Below, piece by piece: positions 53,287 to 63,247 of a stretch of 64,000 bases of DNA; position 1 is the first letter of the stretch; each line of letters begins with the position of its first letter. The DNA is from Verrucomicrobiota bacterium (GTDB taxonomy: Bacteria; Verrucomicrobiota; Verrucomicrobiia; Chthoniobacterales; UBA10450). The notes beneath the pieces were generated by a model. The model was not told the DNA's origin. It did not search any database and saw nothing but the letters and a program-made list of their open reading frames with translations. The DNA lies in contig QHNR01000106.1 of assembly GCA_003218475.1 (NCBI GenBank), positions 1,388 through 65,387 on the forward strand. Reading direction: 5' to 3'. A program made the position numbers and the translations under genes.

Positions 53287-53774
53287 GTCAATGTTGTCCT
53301 GTTGCCGATCGCGTAATAGGTGTCGAGGGCCTTGAATGAAAAGAGAACGCCGATGAATCCAAGCAACGAGCGGAGCCAGTTCATGTGACTCCATTCGGCG
53401 ACCGCACCTCGAATTTGGTCGACGTGATCAGGAATTGACCACGTAAAGAGGATCAGATCGCGGTGAACGAAATAGGCAAGCGTCAGGACGACGATTGCCG
53501 TGTACATCAAAAACGAAATCGCAAAGTAAACGCGAAGCGAGACAGCGTCCGTCCAGAAGAAAATGATCGCCAGGACGATTAGAATCTCATTAACCGGTCC
53601 GACGATTACATAGAAGCGTCGTGGATCGACATGCTGAAAGTAATCTCTCGCACTCTGGATCGAAGCCGGAATGTCAGAACCCCAGCTTTGCGCATCGACG
53701 ATCGTGTTATAGATGCTGAACATTGTCAGCCCGGATGCGCAAATGATCGAGAGGAACACAATTATTTTCTTCAT
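53283..53774 (-). CDS. 4-TM membrane protein, DUF1772-like
   Basis: 163 aa with four hydrophobic segments. The family call is from general resemblance only. Confidence 0.45.
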   Translation of the reverse strand: MKKIIVFLSIICASGLTMFSIYNTIVDAQSWGSDIPASIQSARDYFQHVDPRRFYVIVGPVNEILIVLAIIFFWTDAVSLRVYFAISFLMYTAIVVLTLAYFVHRDLILFTWSIPDHVDQIRGAVAEWSHMNWLRSLLGFIGVLFSFKALDTYYAIGNRTTLT

Positions 53775-54103
53775 GGGCGTGCTACACCGGCGAAGTAATC
53801 GTGCGACATCTCTATAAGCTCCATTGCAGAGGCCAAATCGTTTTCGTTCCGGACGACGAGCGTTACGTAGCCTCGTTCAGGCGCCCAGCGATGCGAACGC
53901 GCTTTGCCTTCGGCAAGAACTCGCTCTTGATCTTCTCTCGCTAATCGGATGTCGCAATGACCATGCCCATGGATGTGCATAAACATGGTTCGTCCCACAA
54001 AAAAGGCATCTTCGTGAATGCCTGCGTTCTGCCGCTCGGTCACACCCTGGAGACTCAGAATTCTTTGCTGCAATTCCCGCTGAAGCTCTCTTCGTGATTT
54101 CAT
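53771..54103 (-). CDS. small 'luciferase family'/DUF5519-like protein
   Basis: LQGVTERQNAG...FFVGRTMFMHIHGHGHCDIRL pattern. 4-nt overlap with the next gene. Confidence 0.4.
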   Translation of the reverse strand: MKSRRELQRELQQRILSLQGVTERQNAGIHEDAFFVGRTMFMHIHGHGHCDIRLAREDQERVLAEGKARSHRWAPERGYVTLVVRNENDLASAMELIEMSHDYFAGVARP

Positions 54104-54377
54104 GCTGTCTTCCGTTTCGTGCTTAACTCTAGATCTACTTAGGACACTAATCCAGTATATTTAGTTTCCCAGCAACGGAAAACTAGTTCCGACGGCACTG
54201 AGTTGACGCCGCTCATTCTGAAGAAGACCGCGACAGATCCGCTTACACAATAACAACCTCGACGTTTCGGTTTTCGCCCGGTTCGGACCGACGCTCTCCG
54301 AAAGAAAGCAATACAATTCTTACAACTACGTCCGGTCAAAGACACGCGGACGTAGGGACTTGAAAGGGAAAGCCATT

Positions 54378-54821
54378 ATGAAAGCGAAACATATACTCTA
54401 TTGGACAACGACCTCACTCATCGCGCTTGAGACTTTTGCGGGCGGGGTGATGGACCTGACACACGGGCGAACAAACGTTTTCAGCGGCCCAACTGTCGTC
54501 GAAGTCGTAACCAGCCTTGGGTACCCCGTGTATGTTCTCGTCATTCTTGGCATTTGGAAAATTCCCGGAGCCATAACCCTAGTCGTGCCGGGTTTTCTAC
54601 GGCTGAAGGAATGGGCCTACGCCGGACTCGTTTTTGAACTTTCGGGCGCGGTCGCATCGCAGGCGATACGCGGCGAGCCCAAAGACATTATCGCCTCTCT
54701 GGTCCTACTCGCCCTCGCGCTTTTTTCCTGGGCACTCCGTCCGCCACATCGCATTCTCGGCGGTGCCCTAACGGCGACGACACACAGACATACAGCTGTA
54801 GCAAGATCGCATAGCTTGTGA
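54378..54821 (+). CDS. DoxX-like membrane protein
   Basis: MKAKHILYWTTTSLIALETFAGGVMDL... with four TM segments. Confidence 0.55.
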   Translation: MKAKHILYWTTTSLIALETFAGGVMDLTHGRTNVFSGPTVVEVVTSLGYPVYVLVILGIWKIPGAITLVVPGFLRLKEWAYAGLVFELSGAVASQAIRGEPKDIIASLVLLALALFSWALRPPHRILGGALTATTHRHTAVARSHSL

Positions 54822-54986
54822 CAGCACATCCGTATCTCCGGCGGTGCATGACTGGTGGTTGGTTAAGCGTAACGGTCTTCCTCGTTGCGGTATTCTCACG
54901 CACCGGGAAGGACAGTGGTTTTCGCTCTGCTACCCAAGCCATTGAAATGACCGGAGTCATGCGTTAACCCATGCCGCGAGTCGACC

Positions 54987-56297
54987 CTAGTTGCACTCGG
55001 ACTCTTTGTTTTTCCAGCGCAGAAGCTCGACAGACAATCCGACAAAGAGCAGCAGCGTGGCAAAAAATGTATTGCCGTAAAGCTGCGCGCCGCGCGGAAA
55101 AAACAACCCGAGAGCGAGCAACGCCAGCGCGGGCAGGCTCCACCACAGAATCGCAGAATCCTTTGCAGCAAGCACGAGTTGCGTTACGACGGCAAACGGC
55201 AGCATCAGCCAGGAATAGAAATAGCCGAACGAAAGTGGTGTAACCATCAGCATCAATAAAAGGAGCAAGGCGAACTCGATCGCATCGGTCTCCACGGTTC
55301 GCATATCCCGCTGTGGCATTACCGCGATGAACACGCTGCCCAACGCCAGTGCGATGCCAACAACGATTGCATTTACGACCGAAAATTTGAGATTCGCCAA
55401 GTTCACGTAAATCGGCTGATGCGGAGCAGAAGCAGCATCGGCATCAACGTGGCGAAGCAAGCGATTGCTGACCCCAACCAGCGATTGATTTTTCCACGTG
55501 TAGCTGCGCATAGGGCGCTGTCCCACGCTGGTTTCACTGTATTTTAGCATTCCGGCGCTCCACTTCTCGATGTCGTGCCACGCTCGTTTAAAGCCTCGGA
55601 ATGGCGCCGGTAGAATGAGCAGTGAAAATACAAGCGTCACGACAAGGCTGACTGCTGCTATCCAATAGTGCCGGTAAAATAGATAAACGATCGCAATTAC
55701 CGGAAAAGCTTTGATGGCCGCAGCAACTGCAATCAGATTGCCGGCGATAATTTGGCAGTTTGCGCGCAGCGCAAAAAAAGCGCCAAGCATCAGCGCGAGC
55801 AAAACAAGATTCGGCTGGCCCAGGTGATAACTGGACCAGATATAAACGATCAGAAGCAGACTCGGAACCGCATAAAGCCACACATTTCTCGCACCTGCTT
55901 GTCCCCCGGCGAGAAGAGGACTCAGTCTCGCACTATAAAACCAAGCCGCAGAATTGATCGCGACCAGGAGAAGAATCAGTCGTCCTTGTCCGAGCAAGCT
56001 TGCACCGGCGAGAAACAGCGCGCACGGCGGCGGATACATGAAATCGTACTTCCCTGAGCGAAAGAAATAAATTTCATGGCCTGCGAGGACATGTTGCCCG
56101 GTTTCGTACCAAAGTTTGTAATCAAAGAGAGTGCGGCCGCGGAAATAGCGCAGAAGCGGAAGAGCAGAAAACACAATGACTATCACCAGAAAGACGACGA
56201 GCAATGCGCGAAATCCGGCGGGGCTGTTGATTCGACGACTCAGCGCTAACCAATCAGTTCGTGCTGCGCCTCGTGGAAATGAAATGCGGCTTTTCAA
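54987..56297 (-). CDS. GT87/DUF2029-family integral-membrane glycosyltransferase-like protein
   Basis: DYKLWYETGQHVLAGHEIYF...YDFMYPPPCALF, and more than 10 TM segments. Confidence 0.65.
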   Translation of the reverse strand: MKSRISFPRGAARTDWLALSRRINSPAGFRALLVVFLVIVIVFSALPLLRYFRGRTLFDYKLWYETGQHVLAGHEIYFFRSGKYDFMYPPPCALFLAGASLLGQGRLILLLVAINSAAWFYSARLSPLLAGGQAGARNVWLYAVPSLLLIVYIWSSYHLGQPNLVLLALMLGAFFALRANCQIIAGNLIAVAAAIKAFPVIAIVYLFYRHYWIAAVSLVVTLVFSLLILPAPFRGFKRAWHDIEKWSAGMLKYSETSVGQRPMRSYTWKNQSLVGVSNRLLRHVDADAASAPHQPIYVNLANLKFSVVNAIVVGIALALGSVFIAVMPQRDMRTVETDAIEFALLLLLMLMVTPLSFGYFYSWLMLPFAVVTQLVLAAKDSAILWWSLPALALLALGLFFPRGAQLYGNTFFATLLLFVGLSVELLRWKNKESECN

Positions 56298-56343
56298 AAC
56301 CTTGCTGATGTCCTTTGTTCGCTTGGGGAATTTGTTTCTTTCA

Positions 56344-56440
56344 CCTCTCCCCTAGCAGAAGGAGAGAGGACTCAGGTGAGGGGTTGCAGCGTCCAAACGC
56401 CAATTGCCCAACCCTCACCCTCCCCCTCTCCCTTACGAAG
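56344..56440. repeat. REP-like hairpin cluster (cctctcc..ggagagagg; gtgaggggttg..caaccctcac)
   Basis: Imperfect inverted repeats between the GT87-like start and the gatA stop. Confidence 0.6.
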
Positions 56441-56502
56441 GGCGAGGCGACCCGTGCGCCTCAAAAATAATTTGATCTGCCATGCCACCGTTGCGCAGGC
56501 TA

Positions 56503-57981
56503 TCACGCCTTCCGGGGCACCGAAGCGATGGGCGGACGCGTCTTGTGCCAGTCTGTGCTCTGCTCGTATGCATATGCGATTCGCAAAATACGCGCTTCAT
56601 CCAGCGGCTTGCCTAACAATTGCAATCCGATCGGCAGGCGTTGTCCATCCATGTCGGCAAAACCGCACGGCACGCTGATTCCGCAGATTCCCGCGAGGTT
56701 AGCTGCAATGGTGAAAATATCGGCAAGATACATTTGCAACGGATCGCCGACGCGTTCGCCTAACTTGAACGCTGGCACTGGCGAGGTCGGCGAAACCAGC
56801 GCGTCAACTTTTTCGAAAGCTCTGGCGAAATCCTGGCGAATCAGCTCACGCACCTTTTGCGCGCGCAAATAATAAGCGTCGTAATAACCGGAGCTCAAAA
56901 CATAAGTGCCGAGAATAATGCGCCGTTTCACTTCCTGCCCGAAACCTTCCCCACGAGTGCGGCCATAAAGATCGAGGATGTCTTTCGGATTTTCCGTCCG
57001 GTATCCATAACGGACGCCATCAAATCGGGCGAGGTTAGTCGAAGCCTCCGCGGTGGCCACAATGTAATAGACCGCAATTGCGTATTCAGTAGTTGGCAAC
57101 GAGACTTCAACAATTTCCGCGCCCAACGAATTCATCTGTTTCATCGTGGCATCGATTGCAGTTTTGACCTGTGGATCGATCCCTTCGATCAGATATTCCT
57201 TGGGCAAGCCCAACCGAACTCCGCGCAAATCTTCTCCGAGCCTCGCGGCATAATCAGGCACCGGCTCGTTCAGAGAACTGGAGTCTTGCGGATCATGACC
57301 GGCAATCGCGTTCATGATCAGGGCGGTGTCGTTAACGGTTTTCGTCAACGGCCCGATTTGATCGAGTGATGAAGCAAACGCGACCAGACCGAATCGCGAA
57401 ACCCGCCCGTAAGTCGGCTTAAAACCAACAACACCGGAAAGCGCAGCCGGTTGCCGAATCGAGCCACCAGTATCCGATCCCAGTGCACCGATAGCTGCGT
57501 CCGCGGCAACTGCTGCTGCCGAACCCCCACTGGATCCACCCGGGACGCGCGACAAGTCCCACGGATTGCGCGTCAATTTCATGGAGGAATTTTCGGTGGA
57601 TGATCCCATGGCGAACTCGTCCAGGTTGGTTTTGCCAAATGGAATCGCACCCGCTGCGCGCAATCTTCGAATTACGGTCGCGTCATAGGTGGCCCGATAA
57701 CTCTGCAAAATCTTCGACGCGCAGGTGCACGGCTGACCCATGACGTTGATGATGTCCTTGATTGCAAGCGGCACGCCGCCGAGCGGAAGATCGACGTTCG
57801 ACTTCTCCGCCTCTTGAGCAGCAGCCTCCATGTCGAGCGACAGATAGGCTCCAATGTCTTGATCAACGGCTTCAATGCGAGCTCGTAGCGCATCAATGAC
57901 TTCCCGCGCGGAAACTTCGCGGCGACGCAATAGCGACTGCAGATCGGCGATGCTCAGCGCCGGCAGATCCTTATCCGTCAT
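56503..57981 (-). CDS. gatA: Asp-tRNA(Asn)/Glu-tRNA(Gln) amidotransferase subunit A
   Basis: Amidase signature GGSSGGSAAAVA, KDIINV, and full-length GatA-like collinearity. Confidence 0.92.
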   Translation of the reverse strand: MTDKDLPALSIADLQSLLRRREVSAREVIDALRARIEAVDQDIGAYLSLDMEAAAQEAEKSNVDLPLGGVPLAIKDIINVMGQPCTCASKILQSYRATYDATVIRRLRAAGAIPFGKTNLDEFAMGSSTENSSMKLTRNPWDLSRVPGGSSGGSAAAVAADAAIGALGSDTGGSIRQPAALSGVVGFKPTYGRVSRFGLVAFASSLDQIGPLTKTVNDTALIMNAIAGHDPQDSSSLNEPVPDYAARLGEDLRGVRLGLPKEYLIEGIDPQVKTAIDATMKQMNSLGAEIVEVSLPTTEYAIAVYYIVATAEASTNLARFDGVRYGYRTENPKDILDLYGRTRGEGFGQEVKRRIILGTYVLSSGYYDAYYLRAQKVRELIRQDFARAFEKVDALVSPTSPVPAFKLGERVGDPLQMYLADIFTIAANLAGICGISVPCGFADMDGQRLPIGLQLLGKPLDEARILRIAYAYEQSTDWHKTRPPIASVPRKA

Positions 57982-58268
57982 TCGACGACTTTCGGGACGA
58001 TAAAAAGGCCGTTCGCCTGTCGGGGCGCGTTGCCTAGCGCTTCCTCCGCTGTGAACCAGTCACGCTGCACGTCCTCGCGAAAGACATTATAAATTGGAAG
58101 GGCGTGCGCCGCCGCTTCCACGTGGCTTACGTCGGCTTGATGAAGTTTTTCGACGTACTTGAGCACGTCGCTCAGTTGCTTCTGAAAAACTTTGGCCTCG
58201 GCGTCCGTTAGATTTATCCGCGCGAGCCTGGCAACGTACGCAACATCAAGGTCGGAGTTTCTGGCCAT
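57978..58268 (-). CDS. gatC: Asp-tRNA(Asn)/Glu-tRNA(Gln) amidotransferase subunit C
   Basis: VAYVARLARINLTDAEAKVFQKQLSDVLKYVEKL. 4-nt overlap with gatA. Confidence 0.88.
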   Translation of the reverse strand: MARNSDLDVAYVARLARINLTDAEAKVFQKQLSDVLKYVEKLHQADVSHVEAAAHALPIYNVFREDVQRDWFTAEEALGNAPRQANGLFIVPKVVE

Positions 58269-58277
58269 GATTGTCGC

Positions 58278-58649
58278 TCAAGAATGCAGATGGCTGATGA
58301 GCCACATCACAGCGGCCGCCAGCGCCATCAAAAGAAATAGAAAAATGACCCGGCCTTCCCGTCGCACTTTGCGCAGCGAACGAGGCCTTCGTGCACTGCG
58401 GCCGGCATCGATGGCGTGGCCACCTTCCATCGCTAGCGAGACATGGAATCGCTTCTCCGGGTTGTTGCCCTTTACGCCGTATTCCCGGCTTTGCCCTGGA
58501 GACTTGTTTTCCGGGGTGCCCCGCCCCTTTGTGACCATGCGTTCGAGATTGTTGAGCCTCTCACGCAGCTCCGTTTCCTGTCGCGCTATCTCTTGTTGCC
58601 TGTGGCGAAGCGGTGGGGTAGATCTGCGCGAACGACGAAACATCCCCAT
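58278..58649 (-). CDS. basic tail-anchored hypothetical protein
   Basis: The ATG at 58649 shares one nucleotide with the upstream stop (TGATG). C-terminal TM segment VIFLFLLMALAAAVMWLI. Confidence 0.4.
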   Translation of the reverse strand: MGMFRRSRRSTPPLRHRQQEIARQETELRERLNNLERMVTKGRGTPENKSPGQSREYGVKGNNPEKRFHVSLAMEGGHAIDAGRSARRPRSLRKVRREGRVIFLFLLMALAAAVMWLISHLHS

Positions 58650-59269
58650 CACCTGCTGGCCATCCAAAAGAAAATCGCAAGCGCAACAGCGCCAAAGATA
58701 ATCAGCGGCAAGGTGAGAGCGACGCCGATCTGCAACCACTGAACAAAAGAACGCCCGTTGCTGCTTTCATAAGCTTCTGGGGCGACGTCAGGCAACGAGA
58801 CCTCGCCAGGTGTTGCACCGGCTGCTTGCAACCGGCTGCGTTGCTCGCCGTACTCGGTCCGCGCGTCGTCCACCGTGCTTAGAGCCCGGCTCAGCTCCTT
58901 GTGCAAATCTGCGGGATTCCAGCTTCTGGGATCGATCGCTTCAATTAATTCCAAATGTTGAGAGAAACTTTCCCGAGTCGCCCGGATTTGCTCCAGTCGA
59001 TTTTGCGCACTGTACGCTTCTCGCTCGAGCACAACCAGCGCGCGTGTCAATTTATCGGCCATTTCCGTCCGCCCAGTCTCCAGTTCGTCCTGGCGTCGGC
59101 TTAGTTCTTCCAATTCGCGCTTCTGTTTTTCGATCTGCTCCTGCTGGCGCTTGAGCTGGAGCAGTTGCTCCTGCGCTTTTTGCACCTGTGAATCCAGATG
59201 CTCGGCAGAAATGGCTTCGTCCCCGCTCAGCTCGAGCATTTGTTCAATCGGTCGAATTTTTTCTGCCAT
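58649..59269 (-). CDS. coiled-coil tail-anchored hypothetical protein
   Basis: Long Q/E/L/R-rich helices, then C-terminal TM segment IGVALTLPLIIFGAVALAIFFW. Confidence 0.5.
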   Translation of the reverse strand: MAEKIRPIEQMLELSGDEAISAEHLDSQVQKAQEQLLQLKRQQEQIEKQKRELEELSRRQDELETGRTEMADKLTRALVVLEREAYSAQNRLEQIRATRESFSQHLELIEAIDPRSWNPADLHKELSRALSTVDDARTEYGEQRSRLQAAGATPGEVSLPDVAPEAYESSNGRSFVQWLQIGVALTLPLIIFGAVALAIFFWMASR

Positions 59270-59396
59270 GATTAAATCGAGACCCCCGTCCGGGCTCGCC
59301 GTAGCGCATATTAAATGGCTGACTCGAGAATTCCAGATATTTCCGTCAATAAACGCGCGAAAATTTTTGATTGTGCTGGAATTAAGTCATTGGGCG

Positions 59397-60563
59397 CTAT
59401 CGCCCCGGCATCATCTCGAGAAGAAAACCCCTGAGATATTCCGTTTCAGGAATTGTCGGGAGAATAGGATGATCACGCGCCTGCTCGAACCGGCGCACGC
59501 GTCTCGCGGAACGCCGGGCATCTAGGAGCGCGTCGGTAATTGTCTCCGAGAATGCGGTATCGCTCACGTGATGCGAGCATGAGAACGTCGCCAGCAAACC
59601 GTCTTTCGATAAGAGCTTGAACGCGCGCATGTGCAATTCTCGATAACCGCGCAACGCATCGCGCAGTCCGCTTTTCATCCTGGTAAACGAAGGCGGATCG
59701 AGAACAATCAGGTCGTACTGTGCCTCCGCTTTTTCAGCCGCGCGAAGGAATTGAAAGACGTCTTGCTCGATCCATTTCGCCTTCAGTTCATTATGGGCCG
59801 CGTTTCGTTTCGCAGCGGAAATGTTCTCGGAACTTTCTTCAACACCAGTCACATCCGCCGCGCCTGCGCGTGCACACGTCAACGCAAACGCTCCCTGGTT
59901 TGCAAAGCAATCCAGAACGCGCCGGTCGCGGGCGTATCCCGCGACGATTCCGTAATTATATCTCTGGTCGAGATAGAAACCGGTCTTTTGACCGTGCAAC
60001 AGATCGACTTCGAACTTTACTCCTTCGATTTCGATCGCTGTTTGCGCAGGAGTTCCGCGTAAAACGCCTCTACCTAGTTCCAAGCCTTCTGCGTTGCGGA
60101 CAGGCGCATCGTTTCGTTCAATGATGACAACATCGCCGAACAGATCGACCACCGCGGCCGTGATCGAATCCTTTCGAATGTCCATCGCGCGCGTGAGAGT
60201 CTGCAAAACGAAATGATCGCCGTAGCGATCGACGATCACGCCGGGCAGGCCGTCACTCTCACTCCACACAACGCGGCGCAGTTTTGGATCGACCTTCCGC
60301 CGGTCGCGATGCTCGGAAGCTTGCGCGATTCGGCGCCTAAAGAACTCAAGATCCAAATCCTGCCGGCGCCGCGAGAAACGACGCGCCACGATTTGTGATC
60401 TCGAATTGTAAATGGCGCTTCCAATCAAACGGTCCTTGCCGTCCTTGAGTGAAATCACATCGCCGTCCGTTGGATTGCCAAAAACCTTGAGGACTTCACT
60501 AGAGAACACCCAATCGTGTCCGTGCAAAATTCGCGCACGCGGTTTGACAACGATTCCGGCCAT
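59397..60563 (-). CDS. PUA-domain class I SAM-dependent rRNA methyltransferase (RlmI/RlmK-like)
   Basis: GHDWVFSSEV, GLPGVIVDRY, VLDCFANQGAFAL, LIVLDPPSF. Confidence 0.85.
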   Translation of the reverse strand: MAGIVVKPRARILHGHDWVFSSEVLKVFGNPTDGDVISLKDGKDRLIGSAIYNSRSQIVARRFSRRRQDLDLEFFRRRIAQASEHRDRRKVDPKLRRVVWSESDGLPGVIVDRYGDHFVLQTLTRAMDIRKDSITAAVVDLFGDVVIIERNDAPVRNAEGLELGRGVLRGTPAQTAIEIEGVKFEVDLLHGQKTGFYLDQRYNYGIVAGYARDRRVLDCFANQGAFALTCARAGAADVTGVEESSENISAAKRNAAHNELKAKWIEQDVFQFLRAAEKAEAQYDLIVLDPPSFTRMKSGLRDALRGYRELHMRAFKLLSKDGLLATFSCSHHVSDTAFSETITDALLDARRSARRVRRFEQARDHPILPTIPETEYLRGFLLEMMPGR

Positions 60564-60644
60564 AGAAGGAATTCAACGTCCAATACCCCACTCGCCTTCG
60601 CAACGCTTCCGCGCATCCAACCGCCCAACTGTCAACGCCCAATT

Positions 60645-60715
60645 GTCATTCCGAGCGAAGGCGAGGAATCTCTCGAAGTTAAATCCAGAGATGTCTCGAC
60701 TTCGCTCGACATGAC
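60645..60715. repeat. solo 71-bp hairpin of the GTCAT-CGAGCG family (no nuclease gene)
   Basis: gtcattccgagcgaaggcgaggaatctc ... gagatgtctcgacttcgctcgacatgac. Lies between the divergent rlmI-like gene and purC. Confidence 0.85.
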
Positions 60716-60765
60716 AAAACAGTAAGCGAGTTGAAAATTGGGCGCTAAACGTTCAGCATTTGCTC

Positions 60766-61662
60766 ATGCAAATTGCCATCCAATCCTCAATCGAGCTACC
60801 CCGGATCAACAAACTGCGCAGCGGCAAGGTGCGCGAAGTCTTTGACCTTGGCGACACACTTCTCTTTGTGGTTACCGATCGCATCTCGGCTTTTGACGTG
60901 ATTTTGGCCGACCCAATCCCGCACAAGGGCGCAGTGCTCAACCAGATTTCTGCGTTCTGGTTCAAGCGGTTCGGCGATGTTCCGAATCACCTCATCACGG
61001 CGAATTTTGAAGAGTTCCTGGACGATCTGCAGGAGTTTCGCGAGCAGCTTGTCGGACGCTCGATGATCGTAAAGAAAACGAAACCCTTGCCAGTAGAATG
61101 CGTCGTGCGCGGTTATCTCGCGGGTTCTGGTTGGAAAGAGTATCAGCAATCGCAGAGCGTTTGCGGAATCAAGCTTCCAGCCGGACTAAAACTCGCATCG
61201 CAATTGCCGGAACCAATCTTCACCCCGGCAACGAAAGCAGAAGAAGGTCATGATGAGAACATCGACATGAAACGATGCGCTCAGATTCTTGGTGAAGAAG
61301 TCGCGGATCGCGTAAAAAAGCTAAGCCTGGAAATTTATTCGCTAGGCCGCGATCACGCTGCTCAGCAGGGAATCATCGTCGCGGATACGAAATTTGAGTT
61401 TGGCACTGTTGAGGGAGATTTGCTCTTGATTGACGAATGCCTCACGCCGGACTCTTCTCGCTTTTGGCCAAAGGACCAATACGTTGTCGGACAGAGCCCA
61501 CCCAGTTTCGACAAACAATTCGTGCGAGATTATCTGGAGACGCTCGACTGGGACAAGACTCCGCCGGCCCCGCGTCTGCCGAAGGAAGTTATCGAAAAAA
61601 CCTCCGCGAAATATCTGGAAGCATTTCGCCGACTGACGGGGAGCGAAATCGCGAACGTCTAG
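60766..61662 (+). CDS. purC: phosphoribosylaminoimidazole-succinocarboxamide synthase
   Basis: [56 protein letters not shown]. Confidence 0.92.
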   Translation: MQIAIQSSIELPRINKLRSGKVREVFDLGDTLLFVVTDRISAFDVILADPIPHKGAVLNQISAFWFKRFGDVPNHLITANFEEFLDDLQEFREQLVGRSMIVKKTKPLPVECVVRGYLAGSGWKEYQQSQSVCGIKLPAGLKLASQLPEPIFTPATKAEEGHDENIDMKRCAQILGEEVADRVKKLSLEIYSLGRDHAAQQGIIVADTKFEFGTVEGDLLLIDECLTPDSSRFWPKDQYVVGQSPPSFDKQFVRDYLETLDWDKTPPAPRLPKEVIEKTSAKYLEAFRRLTGSEIANV

Positions 61663-61703
61663 ATCATCCGCTCCCTGCGTAGGCGCTTCAGCTTGAAACG
61701 AAA

Positions 61704-63245
61704 ATGTCAGTAAGCCGGCCCGACATCCTGTTCGTCATGACGGACCAGCAGCGGTTCGACACTATCGCTGCGCTCGGCAACTCGCATATTTACACGCCTA
61801 ATATCGATCACCTGGTGCGAAGAGGAATTGCGTTTTCGAATGCATACGCCACGTGTCCGGTTTGCGTCGCCGCGCGCTACACGATCCGGACGGGTTGTGA
61901 ACCGCCGACAACGCGGGTGTTTAGTAACGCAAAAGCGGCTGCGGTGGCTGGGCAAGCGCTAGAAATGGAAGCGCGTTGCGGACCGTATCTGGGACGGACG
62001 ATGTCGCGACTTGGGTACCGAACTTTTGGAATCGGAAAATTTCACACGACTCCGTGGAACGAAGATCTCGGTTACGAAACGTTATGGCGCTGCGAAGAGA
62101 CTTACCATCCGCCAAAGCGCGAAGGCGATGACTACGGATCATGGCTGGCAGGGGAGCACCCAGACTTCGACTTCCTGGAGCAACCGATGGGCGAACGCAG
62201 CGAGATGTACTACCTTCCCCAGCGCAGCCCGCTTCCAGCCGAACTAGGAGGCGAATGGTGGATGGCCGATCGTGCGATAGAGGAGATCGCAAAGTCAGGT
62301 GATTCGCGCCCGTTTTTCGGATTCGTCTCGTTTGTAGGTCCGCATCCGCCGCTGGCTCCGCCAATTCCGTTCAATCGAATGTACAATCCAGATCGAATGC
62401 CACAGCTGGTCCTCGGCAGCATCCAGGAGGACCACCTCGATGAGGAAATCCCTTTCATGCGACACGCTATCTGGGCAGACGCCATTAATCCAGAGCTGGC
62501 GAAGATCGTGAAGGCACGATATTACGGCGAGATCAGTTATCTGGATCATTGCCTTGGCCGAATCCTCGACGCGATCGAAGCGCGACCGAGTCGAGACAAC
62601 GTTCTAGTCTGTTTTTTTTCCGACCACGGCGACCTTTTGGGCGATCATCACGGCTGGCAGAAACAAAACTTTTTCGAGAGCGCCTGCCGTTTGCCATTGC
62701 TTCTGAGCTGGCCCGCAATGCTGCCCGCCGGAACGATCCGAACTGAACTGATCAGTCTGGCCGACCTTTTCGGCATTGCGACGGGGGCGGCAGACGCATG
62801 CGAAGTGCGTCAAGGAATAGACGTTCTTAAAATGTTGCGAGGCGAATGCGCGCCGCGCGAATATCTCGTCGGCATGGTAGAAATTCCTGGCTCACAGGAT
62901 TTCAAAGTCATGGTGCTCATGGGCGAGTGGAAATATATTTTCATGGCCAACGGCGGCCGGGAACAACTCTTCAATCGCAGGCACGATCTTAATGAGCTGT
63001 CGAACTGCGTCAGCTCGTCTTCGGCAATCAGGAATGATCTTTATGTTTTGGCTGTGCAAGCATGCCGCGTCCCGGGCGCGATGGACGCGCTCGACGGGGA
63101 TAAACTTCGCGCATTTCCTTTTCGCAAACGGCCATTGATGCGCATCTGTCAATTCGACCGGTCGCGCGGCGTGCTCGGCTTTCCAGATAAACCGGAGGAC
63201 GCGCTGAAAGATTTCGACCGCGCTACGTTGAGGCGAGTGAAGTGA
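61704..63245 (+). CDS. sulfatase-family protein
   Basis: ILFVMTDQQRFD, CVAARYTIRTG (variant of CxPxRxxxxTG), FSDHGD. Confidence 0.85.
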   Translation: MSVSRPDILFVMTDQQRFDTIAALGNSHIYTPNIDHLVRRGIAFSNAYATCPVCVAARYTIRTGCEPPTTRVFSNAKAAAVAGQALEMEARCGPYLGRTMSRLGYRTFGIGKFHTTPWNEDLGYETLWRCEETYHPPKREGDDYGSWLAGEHPDFDFLEQPMGERSEMYYLPQRSPLPAELGGEWWMADRAIEEIAKSGDSRPFFGFVSFVGPHPPLAPPIPFNRMYNPDRMPQLVLGSIQEDHLDEEIPFMRHAIWADAINPELAKIVKARYYGEISYLDHCLGRILDAIEARPSRDNVLVCFFSDHGDLLGDHHGWQKQNFFESACRLPLLLSWPAMLPAGTIRTELISLADLFGIATGAADACEVRQGIDVLKMLRGECAPREYLVGMVEIPGSQDFKVMVLMGEWKYIFMANGGREQLFNRRHDLNELSNCVSSSSAIRNDLYVLAVQACRVPGAMDALDGDKLRAFPFRKRPLMRICQFDRSRGVLGFPDKPEDALKDFDRATLRRVK

Positions 63246-63247
63246 TT

